Virus record (IMG/VR): IMGVR_UViG_3300010049_000009
Coordinates: 160,001-224,000 of that record
Reading direction: 5' to 3' (one strand)
Length of the DNA stretch: 64,000 bases
From: a virus
Taxonomy: Duplodnaviria; Heunggongvirae; Uroviricota; Caudoviricetes
Shown here: in pieces, positions 29,213 to 38,553 of the stretch
How positions within the stretch are numbered: position 1 is the first letter of the stretch
Layout: every line of letters begins with the position of its first letter
Program-made: the position numbers and the translations under genes
The notes under the pieces: generated by a model
What the model saw: only the letters and a program-made list of their open reading frames with translations
Told to the model about the DNA's origin: nothing
Database searches by the model: none

Positions 29213-30637
29213 TTACATTGTACCCCAATCACCTACTGTATGTAGATGATCTACCATAGCATTTGCACTATCACGTTCTTGTGTTCGTGTTTTTAAGGTT
29301 TTTTTAGTTATATTAAGTCGTTGCCACAACTTATTAATAACTCTTTTATCAACAGCACCTGTTTGTTCTAATTGTTTAATTTTATTTTCAAAATCAACAG
29401 CATCATTTTGTAACCTCTCTATTACTTCGGCTTGATCAGTTTTTGTGTTATTTAATGCTTTAATTTCATTTTCCATATTAATACCGGCGGCACGTAATCC
29501 GTCAATAATTTCTTTACTCTGTTGATCCGTGGATTGTAAGTTTTCTATTTCACTGTTAAGACCCTCTATTGTCTGATTTAAAGCAGCGATTTGTTGTCCT
29601 GATAACCTTTTTATTTCATAATCCATACCGGCTTTAGATGCAAAATATTGACCTTTCAATTCGTCTCTTTGTGGTGTTCTAATATCTTTCACACCTTTAA
29701 GTCTTGGAACCCTTTTGATAGCGGCTTCAACGCTTGTCAAATATGCTGTTGGGTCAATTGGAACATTCGGATTATCACCTAAAAATTTAGCATGTTTTAA
29801 CCACGCAGATTCAAAATTTTTAAACGCAGAACCAATTTTTCTTGCTGCTACTAATACTTTATGTGGTACAGTACCACTTCCGGTAATACTACCACCTATG
29901 TTTCTCAAAGCATTTCTAATACCAAACATTCCTTCATCAACCGAATCATTATATGCTTCGGTCAAAAGTTCATTGATATTTTGTGAAACCATTCTCTGAA
30001 CACCTTCACGAAAATCTTCTTTGTCAAAAGTATCACGATACCTGTCTAATGAACCAATACCGTGTTCTTCTTCGTAATCAAATTCTTCTTCGGCGATTAC
30101 TTCATCTAATTTTCTTTTGATTTCGGCGGCGATTTGTTCTAAATCCATATACTCCGGTGACATTCTACAAGCCTGTGTAATGATTTTTTTGAACGCTTCT
30201 AAAGCTTCGTCATTTACTTTTGGTAAAGTACCCATCGCCTTTTGAACAAGTGGCGATAATGGACCTTCGTTAATAGATTCATAAATAAGATTAGTAAGGT
30301 GATTCACAATACTCTCTTTCTTCAATTCTTTTACATTTTGACCAACCAAACTTGATATACGATTATTTTTTGTGATAGATTCATATATTTGGTTAGTAAG
30401 TTGATGTACTTGACTTTCTCTTTGGAGATTTATCCAAGATGAAGTGTCTTTCGGATTTAACCCATAACTTTGTGGGTTGGAAGTGATAATGAAACTTTCA
30501 TTTAATTTGCTTCCGGGATATACATTCGATAAGTAGGTTTTAACTTCGTTCTTGATCTTGGATTTATCAGTTGTGTTAAATCCTTTTACGATAAACCCCT
30601 TATTCTCATTGATACAATATAGTTTATATTGGTTCAT
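29213..30637 (-). CDS. late coiled-coil protein, candidate internal head protein
   Basis: late motif at 30667-30675; repeated (I/L)xE sites and duplicated HxLTNxIYESI; C-terminal coiled coil. Confidence 0.55.
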   Translation of the reverse strand: MNQYKLYCINENKGFIVKGFNTTDKSKIKNEVKTYLSNVYPGSKLNESFIITSNPQSYGLNPKDTSSWINLQRESQVHQLTNQIYESITKNNRISSLVGQNVKELKKESIVNHLTNLIYESINEGPLSPLVQKAMGTLPKVNDEALEAFKKIITQACRMSPEYMDLEQIAAEIKRKLDEVIAEEEFDYEEEHGIGSLDRYRDTFDKEDFREGVQRMVSQNINELLTEAYNDSVDEGMFGIRNALRNIGGSITGSGTVPHKVLVAARKIGSAFKNFESAWLKHAKFLGDNPNVPIDPTAYLTSVEAAIKRVPRLKGVKDIRTPQRDELKGQYFASKAGMDYEIKRLSGQQIAALNQTIEGLNSEIENLQSTDQQSKEIIDGLRAAGINMENEIKALNNTKTDQAEVIERLQNDAVDFENKIKQLEQTGAVDKRVINKLWQRLNITKKTLKTRTQERDSANAMVDHLHTVGDWGTM

Positions 30638-30666
30638 TATATTTATTTTTATATGATTATTTTAGT

Positions 30667-30675
30667 AATAAATAG
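30667..30675 (-). promoter_or_regulatory. putative late promoter CTATTTATT
   Basis: 29 nt upstream of the ATG. Confidence 0.65.
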
Positions 30676-30687
30676 ATATTAATTTTG

Positions 30688-31101
30688 TTATTCTACCGCC
30701 TTTTCTTTCTTTTTTTGTGTGTTATGACAAATATCAAACACCTTCTTCAAGGTTTCAAATGCTTGGCTGTTGCTTTCACCATTTCGAGATAATTGGGTCA
30801 TTGCATCGAGCGATTCCGATTTAATGTTCTCAATGAATTTATTAATTTCGGGGGTTTCCGTATCAATCATACTAATTTCACTATCCAACATTTGGTCGCC
30901 ACCAAATTCTTCTGTGTTTTCACACTCAATGTATTCACGAAGTAACTTGTAATTTTTTTGAATAGCGTTAATGTTTTCTTTTATAGTGTTAGTTTTAATA
31001 GTCTTAACAGGTTGAGCAGTAGGTTTAACACCAAAATTGGATTCACTCAACACCTCTTTAACAGTTTTATCAACATATTCCTTTAAATTGAACTTTTGCA
31101 T
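30688..31101 (-). CDS. hypothetical late protein
   Basis: 137 aa; late motif at 31118-31126. Confidence 0.6.
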   Translation of the reverse strand: MQKFNLKEYVDKTVKEVLSESNFGVKPTAQPVKTIKTNTIKENINAIQKNYKLLREYIECENTEEFGGDQMLDSEISMIDTETPEINKFIENIKSESLDAMTQLSRNGESNSQAFETLKKVFDICHNTQKKKEKAVE

Positions 31102-31117
31102 AAAAATAAGTTTTTTT

Positions 31118-31154
31118 AATAAATAGCATTGAAAATTAAATTTTTCTATTTATA
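31118..31154. promoter_or_regulatory. back-to-back putative late promoters
   Basis: CTATTTATT on - (31118-31126) and CTATTTATA on + (31146-31154), each 16-17 nt from a divergent ATG. Confidence 0.7.
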
Positions 31155-31171
31155 AGTAAATTGAATGGCAA

Positions 31172-32320
31172 ATGAAAACCATAATAATATCCGAAGAGCA
31201 GTTACATAAAATTAAGAATGATATTTTGAAAGAGGATAGGGAAGAAGTAACTTTTTATCAGTTCAGAGCAGAGTTACAGGATTTCTTAAAATCGTTATTG
31301 GAACACCCAATTACCTGTAATGTTGGTGAGTTTTGGCGATCACGTGGTTTTTCTAAAAATAAAATGGTCGAATATTTGGTCAAAACCAATGTTTTAGAGA
31401 AGGATCAAAAGGTTAATACCGACAACATAGACGGACCACAGTTGGAAGTTTCTTACAAAGTGTTGAAGGGTGGTTTTGATAGAAAAATAAGAAGAATGTT
31501 CATTAAACTTTTTGAGGGTGAAACAAAATCCTCAACAAAGTTACTCGTTGAAAACAACTTTCAAGAAGACGTAGACCCCTCACAAATAAATCTCAATTCA
31601 TTTCAACCGAAGTCGGAGTTAAACCCCAAATTTTTTCCCGATGGTGAAAAATTACCGAAGAGAACAAGACTTCGATTGCTTGAAGTTGCAGACGATTTCA
31701 TAGAAGAACTTAACCTACCCTTCGCTGAACCCAAAGATATTCACATAGTGGGAAGTATAGTGGGTTATAATTGGTCAAAATATTCTGATGTGGATTTACA
31801 TATAATATATGATTTCAATGATATTGACAAAAGAACAAATTTTGTCAGAGAATATATGGATAGCAAAAAGACTGTGTGGAATGACACCAAGAAAATAAGA
31901 ATATTTGGATATGATGTTGAATTATATGTGGAGGATATTTCAGACCCCGCTATTTCAAATGGGCGGTATTCATTGGAAAGTAACAAATGGATACAAAAAC
32001 CCGAAAAACCGGAACCGGTTACATATCAAAAAGAATACATCAAAAACAAGGCAGCAAAATACATCAATATCATAGACAACTACAACATAGAACACGGAAA
32101 GTTCGTAACCGAACAAAACGATGAACAAATGTTGGTTTTAGCGAAGAAATGTAATCAACTATGGTCTAAAATCAAGGGTATGAGAAAATTTGCTATTAAG
32201 AGTGGTGGTGAACAGGATAATCACAACATTATTTTTAAGGTACTCAGGCGGTCAGGTAGGTTACAACAACTATTTGAACTCCGCAACGCCTTATACATTT
32301 ACAACAAATCTATTCGATAA
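31172..32320 (+). CDS. Pol-beta-type nucleotidyltransferase with an N-terminal extension
   Basis: HIVGSIVGYNWSKYSDVDLH (hGS..DxD), YDVELYVED, NIIFKVLRR. Confidence 0.75.
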   Translation: MKTIIISEEQLHKIKNDILKEDREEVTFYQFRAELQDFLKSLLEHPITCNVGEFWRSRGFSKNKMVEYLVKTNVLEKDQKVNTDNIDGPQLEVSYKVLKGGFDRKIRRMFIKLFEGETKSSTKLLVENNFQEDVDPSQINLNSFQPKSELNPKFFPDGEKLPKRTRLRLLEVADDFIEELNLPFAEPKDIHIVGSIVGYNWSKYSDVDLHIIYDFNDIDKRTNFVREYMDSKKTVWNDTKKIRIFGYDVELYVEDISDPAISNGRYSLESNKWIQKPEKPEPVTYQKEYIKNKAAKYINIIDNYNIEHGKFVTEQNDEQMLVLAKKCNQLWSKIKGMRKFAIKSGGEQDNHNIIFKVLRRSGRLQQLFELRNALYIYNKSIR

Positions 32321-32383
32321 AATTGGTTTTCATACAAAAAGTGGGTTTATTTGAGAGAAATAAAGATTTTAAATCCATTCGAT

Positions 32384-32773
32384 ATGATAAAAATTTGTAA
32401 AGTATGTACTCATAGCATACACGCCGACCCTTATGAGGGGGAATTGACTATTGATAACAAACACTATTGTTATGATTGTTTTGAAAAAGTTTTTAATGAG
32501 TTACAAAGTGGTAACATACCTCATTTTAAAAGATATTATCCTGCGTTTTGTACGGGTTTTGGAACACAGATTTATACCATTGATGACGAAACCACCTTTT
32601 TCGCTTCGGAGAACATACATAGAGGCGGTGTATTGTATAAATCTAAACCGGACAAATACAACAAAATTTTTATTCATGTGAAGGAACACGAAAAATGTGA
32701 AACACATTTCGTAATAGGATTCATATATAATATGGAATACGAAAAAATACCATTACCCGAATTATATATATGA
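32384..32773 (+). CDS. hypothetical zinc-finger protein
   Basis: CKVC...CYDC near the N-terminus. Confidence 0.55.
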   Translation: MIKICKVCTHSIHADPYEGELTIDNKHYCYDCFEKVFNELQSGNIPHFKRYYPAFCTGFGTQIYTIDDETTFFASENIHRGGVLYKSKPDKYNKIFIHVKEHEKCETHFVIGFIYNMEYEKIPLPELYI

Positions 32774-33687
32774 GCAAAGAATTATCCCCAATAAAATGGA
32801 GTGGTTCAAAACGCCCCATTGCACCCGAAATAATATCACATTTTCCATATTTTAAAGATAATGTGCTTGAACGTGGAACAATGGATGAATTGTTTTGCGG
32901 TGAAACATTTTATGAATTATTTTGCGGTAGTTGCGCTGTCACATTAGAGTTATTGTCAGGAAGACATATTGATAAAGCGTGGTATAAAAATTATGTGTGT
33001 GTTGATACCAATGCCGATTTAATTAATCTGTGGAAACACATAAAAACACACCCCGATTTATTATCAAATGGATATGAGAGAGAATGGAAATACTTCAATC
33101 AACGTATGGGAGATACTATCGAAGAACATCGTAAATTTCATTTTAATTATATTAGGGATGAATTTAATAGTGGATTACACAACAGGTTAAAAAACGCCAT
33201 TAACTTCTTGTTTCTTTTAAGGACTTGTTTTAATGGATTAATCCGCTACAATTCAAAAGGTCATTTTAATAGTTCATGTCATTTTTCACGTGGTGGAATT
33301 GAACCTTCCAAAATGAGAAAGATATTACACGATACGTCAGAACTATTGAATTATTTTGATGTGGGATTCCTGTGCACAGATTACAGAAACATTACTCCAA
33401 ATGAATATGATTTCGTTTTTATGGACCCACCATACCCAACAGAGAAAAAGAGTGGTATGTATCACGGTGGAATAGATACATCTGAATTGGTTGAATATTG
33501 TAATGAATTAAAATGTGGGTACGCCCTTACATTTGACGGTAATAGGGGTGGTGATAAAGCGAATAAAATTTGTTTAGACGATACAAATATAGTAAATTTA
33601 GAAAAGAAAAATAGTTCGTATTCCCGATTAAAGGGAAAACAAGTAGAAGTTGAAGAAATAATGTACATTAAAAAAGTTATACAATGA
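32770..33687 (+). CDS. Dam-like (D12 class) DNA adenine methyltransferase
   Basis: PIKWSGSK, ELFCGS, CFNGLIRYNSKGHFN, FMDPPY. Confidence 0.88.
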   Translation: MSKELSPIKWSGSKRPIAPEIISHFPYFKDNVLERGTMDELFCGETFYELFCGSCAVTLELLSGRHIDKAWYKNYVCVDTNADLINLWKHIKTHPDLLSNGYEREWKYFNQRMGDTIEEHRKFHFNYIRDEFNSGLHNRLKNAINFLFLLRTCFNGLIRYNSKGHFNSSCHFSRGGIEPSKMRKILHDTSELLNYFDVGFLCTDYRNITPNEYDFVFMDPPYPTEKKSGMYHGGIDTSELVEYCNELKCGYALTFDGNRGGDKANKICLDDTNIVNLEKKNSSYSRLKGKQVEVEEIMYIKKVIQ

Positions 33688-34331
33688 GAGACCCAAAAAG
33701 AATAGACAGAGTTTTAGATAGAGTTCGCGAACTTTGGAACATTTATCCCGACCAACGCCTTGGGCAGTTGCTTCAAAATTATGTGTTCGGTCGTGGTGAT
33801 AATTTTTATATTGAAGATGATGAAACCGAAAGAATGTTAACCCTCGAAATAGGTAGAAGGGGTAATTTAGGTAAAGACGGTAAGAAAAACCTTTTACAGA
33901 TTGTAAATAAATCAAACAACCCATTTCCTGTGTATGCAAGTAAAGGTGATTCGGGTTTTGATTTGAGAGCGTTTATAGAAACTCCGATAATTTTGGAACC
34001 AATGAAACGCAAAGTTGTTCCAACCGGACTTTATGTAAGTATTCCTGATGGGTTTGAATTACAAATACGCCCAAGAAGTGGGTTGGCAGCAAAACAAGGA
34101 ATAGGAATGGTAAATACACCGGGTACTATTGATACCTATTATCGTGGTGAAATTGGTGTTATCATAATCAACTTGGGAAATGAACCCTTCACAATTAATA
34201 ATGGTGATAGAATTGCACAAGCGGTTTTGTGTCCGGTTTCAAGTGAAGCATTTACCGAATTAAGAGAGGTAAAAGAATTGAGTAACACTGAACGCGGTGC
34301 GGGTGGATTTGGTCACACCGGAACAACATGA
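33684..34331 (+). CDS. dut: trimeric dUTPase with an extra N-terminal small domain
   Basis: SGFDLRA, IRPRSG, NTPGTIDTYYRGE, GDRIAQ, RGAGGFGHTG. Confidence 0.93.
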   Translation: MRDPKRIDRVLDRVRELWNIYPDQRLGQLLQNYVFGRGDNFYIEDDETERMLTLEIGRRGNLGKDGKKNLLQIVNKSNNPFPVYASKGDSGFDLRAFIETPIILEPMKRKVVPTGLYVSIPDGFELQIRPRSGLAAKQGIGMVNTPGTIDTYYRGEIGVIIINLGNEPFTINNGDRIAQAVLCPVSSEAFTELREVKELSNTERGAGGFGHTGTT

Positions 34332-34483
34332 AAATAGTATTATACATAATATTATTCATATCATTAATCATAGTTTGGGCTGTTGAAAAATTAAGATGTC
34401 CAAACTGTGGTAAAATGAGGATTGCTGATAGCAAAACAAGAATGATGACGTGTATGTTTTGTGGAAATAAAGAAATAATGTAA
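34328..34483 (+). CDS. small TM plus zinc-ribbon protein (51 aa, not in the ORF track)
   Basis: MKIVLYIILFISLIIVWAVEKLRCPNCG...TCMFCG; ATGA overlap with dut. Confidence 0.55.
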   Translation: MKIVLYIILFISLIIVWAVEKLRCPNCGKMRIADSKTRMMTCMFCGNKEIM

Positions 34484-34494
34484 ATAAAATAAAA

Positions 34495-34890
34495 ATGAAA
34501 GAACAAGTATTTGAGAAACTTATCCCCTATTGTAGTGAGGATTTTATCACAATTCCGCTGTGGGAAGAGGGTGATTATCGTTGGCAAATGAATTTGTGGT
34601 ATATTGTTAGGTTTGATACAGAAACTTCTACCGAAACAACACTTCAAAAAATTGACGAACTAATGAATGTGGTAGCAATTACTGTTGCAGCAACATTTGA
34701 TAATAAGTTCGATATTTACGTTGAACAACACGAAAACGTTGCAAGTGGTTATGTTTTATATGAACTTAATATAATGCAATTCTGTGAAGATATAACAGAT
34801 GAAACTTTTGTGTTAAATCACAATATGGGAGATTATATTAATGTTGGGGTTGTACTTCTCGAAAATTTAGAAAGAGTAAAATGGGTGTAG
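34495..34890 (+). CDS. hypothetical protein
   Basis: 131-aa ORF. Confidence 0.6.
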   Translation: MKEQVFEKLIPYCSEDFITIPLWEEGDYRWQMNLWYIVRFDTETSTETTLQKIDELMNVVAITVAATFDNKFDIYVEQHENVASGYVLYELNIMQFCEDITDETFVLNHNMGDYINVGVVLLENLERVKWV

Positions 34891-35570
34891 AATATAAAGA
34901 CATTATTAAGAGTGTATCGGATAATCAATTTGAAATTCTGTACAATATTCAAAAATTATATCTTAATAGCGAAGATTACGAATGTGATCCAACATATTCT
35001 AAAGGTGGATATTATGGTAAGGGTGGGGAATTTAATATAAACCCACCCAAACATAAGTTTGATGTTTTTCCAATTGCCGAAGGTGTGATAGAAATTGAAC
35101 CATTAGGTAAGTGGCCACTTGAAATTAATTCTTTAAAAAGCATTAATATTGATTTACCTTTTGTGTGTTCGGGGTCTGTGAAGGCTGAACAGTTACAAGA
35201 CCCACACTCTTGTATTATTGTTAAGAGATTTCAGGGATATTATCCTATTGACAACTTATTTAAAAGTTATCGTCATTTTCTTTACAATGCTTTTAAGTAT
35301 TTGCAACCGGGTGGGTTTTGTGTATTTAAAACACAGGAAACTATAAGTGGGCGGAAGAAATATATGACTCCATTTTGGAGTTGGAAAATGGCGGAAGAAT
35401 TGGGATTTTATACCATAGATAGTTTTATACTTACCGCAAAGTCGCGCTTAATCGGCGCAATTAAGAAACAAGAACACAGTAGATGCTTTCATAGTAATTT
35501 TTTGGTTTTTCAGAAACCTGACGGTAAGGCAACCACAAGACAAATTGACTATGATAAGTTATGCCGATAA
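34881..35570 (+). CDS. DNA methyltransferase-like protein (DLPF variant)
   Basis: CDPTYSKG, IDLPF in place of DPPF, LQPGGFCVFKTQ, HSNFLVF. Confidence 0.6.
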   Translation: MGVEYKDIIKSVSDNQFEILYNIQKLYLNSEDYECDPTYSKGGYYGKGGEFNINPPKHKFDVFPIAEGVIEIEPLGKWPLEINSLKSINIDLPFVCSGSVKAEQLQDPHSCIIVKRFQGYYPIDNLFKSYRHFLYNAFKYLQPGGFCVFKTQETISGRKKYMTPFWSWKMAEELGFYTIDSFILTAKSRLIGAIKKQEHSRCFHSNFLVFQKPDGKATTRQIDYDKLCR

Positions 35571-36712
35571 TTGTTACAGAAAGTGGGCGGAAAGAACGAG
35601 AACAAAAGTTCATAGAGCGAGCCAAATCTATTCATGGTGATAGATTTGACTATTCCAAAGTTTATTATATCAATAAAAACACAAAGGTATGTATTTTATT
35701 AGGTAATAAAGAACTATGGCAAAGACCACACACCCACCTGAATTTCAAGGGTGTTAATAAAGGTTTAGAAAAGCGTTTTCAAAAGAAAATGACCGCCGCC
35801 AACTATGCTAAATATAAAAAAAAATTAAAAGCAAAGAATAGGAAAAAGTATTGGTTTGAAACGGAAAAGAAAAAACCCGAATACCGTGAAAAACATAAAG
35901 AAAGAGAATTTAAAAGACAACGCTCTTATAAATGTATTTTCTGTGGTGAAAAATATCGGAAGAAAACAATGCAAAACTATATTGGACAGTTTTGTTCAAG
36001 AAAATGTTCCAATGCACAACGTAAAGAAAAGCGACTTGAAGAAAGATTAAAACTCAAATACGCAATTGTCTTAACCGAATTTAGAAAAAAGAAAAAAATA
36101 GTTGAGCAGTTTGTTTCTAAAGAAGACGCATTAAATCGAATGTGGGAAATCACGGAAGAAAGTAAAAAAGTGGTTTTACCACAGAAATACGTTTTCAAAT
36201 ACCGAAAACCTGTAAAACTAAATAATGAAGTTGTATTAATTGAACGTGGTGAAGACCTCACAATAGCACTAAAAGAAAGAAATGAGGTCGGAAAACTAAT
36301 TAATGTGAAAGTTGAAACAAAAACAGAACACGATAGTTTTATTATTATTGACAAATCCCCATATCATACCGAACAAATGTTCAATATTATGGGCAACAAT
36401 AATGAAGTAGATATAACTTATATTCTGAATAATATTTTACTTTCAGATAATGAAGTTAAGAATATTATGATATATAAGACAAATCTTATTATCAAAATCA
36501 ACGATAATATTGAACTAATATTTTCAAAACATCAAGAAATTATTATAGATTTATATAACTTCCTTCAAAAGTATACCAAGAATAATAAAATCAAATATTT
36601 TATGTTTATGGGTATGGTAGATGGTAGTCCGTTTTTAATGAATTATTACGATACTAAAATAAAAGAAAAGTTTGAATATGTTAACAGACAAGAAAGTACA
36701 ACAAGTAATTAA
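35561..36712 (+). CDS. basic protein with a homing-endonuclease-associated N-terminal repeat and a zinc finger
   Basis: FIERAKSIHGDRFDYSKVYY...KVCI; CIFC...FCSRKC. Confidence 0.55.
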   Translation: MPIIVTESGRKEREQKFIERAKSIHGDRFDYSKVYYINKNTKVCILLGNKELWQRPHTHLNFKGVNKGLEKRFQKKMTAANYAKYKKKLKAKNRKKYWFETEKKKPEYREKHKEREFKRQRSYKCIFCGEKYRKKTMQNYIGQFCSRKCSNAQRKEKRLEERLKLKYAIVLTEFRKKKKIVEQFVSKEDALNRMWEITEESKKVVLPQKYVFKYRKPVKLNNEVVLIERGEDLTIALKERNEVGKLINVKVETKTEHDSFIIIDKSPYHTEQMFNIMGNNNEVDITYILNNILLSDNEVKNIMIYKTNLIIKINDNIELIFSKHQEIIIDLYNFLQKYTKNNKIKYFMFMGMVDGSPFLMNYYDTKIKEKFEYVNRQESTTSN

Positions 36713-37016
36713 AAGATTTCGTATTGTTATACGAAATAACCAAAAAGTCGCTAATATAGAAGACGTGCATCCAAATGATATTTTTGAAAATTATTCCAAT
36801 AACATTGTTTTATCGCAAGACGGTTCAACGGAATACATTATTCAAAGAATGGATAAGAAATGGTTCTTTTGGGAAGAGTGGTATGACATTGATAGAACAT
36901 GTAGTTCACTTGATGCGGCAATAAAAACTTTTTGGAAGAGGGTTAATAGTATGTTATCTCAACAAGAAAGTATGTGTGTAGATAAAGTTAGTGGATATAC
37001 CAAAAAATTTATATAA
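36678..37016 (+). CDS. hypothetical protein
   Basis: ORF in the run. Confidence 0.55.
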   Translation: MLTDKKVQQVIKRFRIVIRNNQKVANIEDVHPNDIFENYSNNIVLSQDGSTEYIIQRMDKKWFFWEEWYDIDRTCSSLDAAIKTFWKRVNSMLSQQESMCVDKVSGYTKKFI

Positions 37017-37019
37017 GAT

Positions 37020-37274
37020 ATGAACAAATATGTTGAACTTTTTGAACAAGACCTCAAAAATGGGGATGATACTGTTGGAAAAATAGGAATTTTTTTATAC
37101 AGTGGTGCTGATGGTAATCCGACACCGATTATTAATGACGCTGTTTACAAATACGTTGAAACGAATTTTTACAATGAGTTTGTGGAGATTGAACTTAACA
37201 ACCCCTATGTAAGGGTGGTTATTAGTGAAATACCAAAATTACCTTTTAAACCATTTACAGACCAACGATTATGA
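37020..37274 (+). CDS. hypothetical protein
   Basis: 84-aa ORF. Confidence 0.55.
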   Translation: MNKYVELFEQDLKNGDDTVGKIGIFLYSGADGNPTPIINDAVYKYVETNFYNEFVEIELNNPYVRVVISEIPKLPFKPFTDQRL

Positions 37275-37453
37275 TTTTAGATGGAAGAAAATTAATGGAT
37301 ATAAGTTTTAAACTATTGGAAATAAAAATGGATCAATTACGTGAAGAACGTGATAAAGCAAATTCCGAAGTTGAAAGACAAAATGAAATTATACGTAATC
37401 AACAAGACACAATTAATAGATTAGTAGAAAAATTTATAGAAAAGTTAAAATGA
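37271..37453 (+). CDS. small coiled-coil protein
   Basis: 60 aa, heptad pattern, ATGA overlap. Confidence 0.5.
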   Translation: MILDGRKLMDISFKLLEIKMDQLREERDKANSEVERQNEIIRNQQDTINRLVEKFIEKLK

Positions 37454-37505
37454 TTATCCGCAATTATACCCTTTCGATGAATAATCATTAGATAAAAAGA
37501 AGAAG

Positions 37506-37709
37506 ATGAAAATTAAAAAATGTGAAGTATGTCTATATAACAGGCGGGGTCAGTGTTTTCACACTTTTGAATTTGGTGGACACGGCGAAAGAGCGAAATC
37601 ATTCAGAAGTACCATAAAAAAAGGTGATACCGAATGTTTAGGTTATGTGTTCAAATATGAAGAAAATTTGATTTTACCCAAAGGGGGTATAATTGCGGAT
37701 AATCATTAA
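37506..37709 (+). CDS. small Cys-containing hypothetical protein
   Basis: 67-aa ORF. Confidence 0.5.
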   Translation: MKIKKCEVCLYNRRGQCFHTFEFGGHGERAKSFRSTIKKGDTECLGYVFKYEENLILPKGGIIADNH

Positions 37710-37712
37710 AAG

Positions 37713-38246
37713 TTATAGTGTGCATTGACTTCTTGAACGCACCATATCCAAAACTTTTTTGGGATTTTTCTTTATATCCTCTTCGTAAATTTGCATTAAC
37801 ACAAAACCATTTTGGTTTGCCCACGTTAGTTTTTGTTCGTCAATCTTAATTTGTCTTTTTTGATTGTTATATTTGAGGTTGTTGTGATCATAAAATCGTG
37901 GGTCGGCGTGATAAAACGTACCTTGTATTTCGATTAAATAATCTATCATACCACCGTCTATTGTGAGAATAGCAAAATCATAAACCCTTTTGGTTGGTGC
38001 GACCCATTGGTATATGTATTTTATACCCAACTTATCAAGAAACTGTTCTCGAAACAATACCTCTAAATTTGAAGTTGTAGGATAATTATTTTCTTTAAAT
38101 CCCTTTTCCTTTCTTTTTAAAACAGGTAATTTCTTGAACACCCAAAACTTAATATCATTTTTGATAGGTTGAATATGTTGCTTCACCTTCTTTTTATCGG
38201 GTTTCTCTATTGGTAGAACTTGTTTATTTTTTGTTGGTTGACGCAT
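37713..38246 (-). CDS. Vsr/DUF559-like endonuclease
   Basis: SNLE, YIYQ, RVYDF, LIEIQGTFYHADP, DEQK; the real start is likely the ATG at 38246. Confidence 0.7.
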   Translation of the reverse strand: MRQPTKNKQVLPIEKPDKKKVKQHIQPIKNDIKFWVFKKLPVLKRKEKGFKENNYPTTSNLEVLFREQFLDKLGIKYIYQWVAPTKRVYDFAILTIDGGMIDYLIEIQGTFYHADPRFYDHNNLKYNNQKRQIKIDEQKLTWANQNGFVLMQIYEEDIKKNPKKVLDMVRSRSQCTL

Positions 38247-38347
38247 TATATTATAGAAACTATATAAACCATAACAGACAGAATAAATATAAACAAAAGC
38301 GACGCTGCCGAAAGTGCCACACATCTTATTACCTTTTCCCCATCCAT
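38246..38347 (-). CDS. 33-aa single-TM peptide (not in the ORF track)
   Basis: MDGEKVIRCVALSAASLLFIFILSVMVYIVSII; late motif 17 nt upstream; TAATG coupling to the endonuclease gene. Confidence 0.55.
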   Translation of the reverse strand: MDGEKVIRCVALSAASLLFIFILSVMVYIVSII

Positions 38348-38364
38348 ACTACAAAAACTTTTTT

Positions 38365-38373
38365 TATAAATAG
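38365..38373 (-). promoter_or_regulatory. putative late promoter CTATTTATA
   Basis: recurrent motif on the coding strand. Confidence 0.65.
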
Positions 38374-38412
38374 ATAGTATGTATATTTAATGAAACGATT
38401 AAATATAAAGCA

Positions 38413-38547
38413 ATGCAGACAAAATATTCGGTATGTAACGGATGTGGTAAAGTACGACACATAGTTAATCACTCTAAAATGTTGTGTAATAATTGTAATG
38501 AGGAAAGAAAATGGGTAACACCAATAATAAGTAAAATAAAAAACTAA
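38413..38547 (+). CDS. small zinc-finger protein (44 aa, not in the ORF track)
   Basis: MQTKYSVCNGCGKVRHIVNHSKMLCNNCNEERKW... Confidence 0.5.
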   Translation: MQTKYSVCNGCGKVRHIVNHSKMLCNNCNEERKWVTPIISKIKN

Positions 38548-38553
38548 TAAATC

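Noticed and set aside
35561-36712. Active homing endonuclease or intron
   Set aside because: Only an endonuclease-associated N-terminal repeat and a zinc finger are visible. There is no HNH, GIY-YIG or LAGLIDADG motif and no interrupted host gene.
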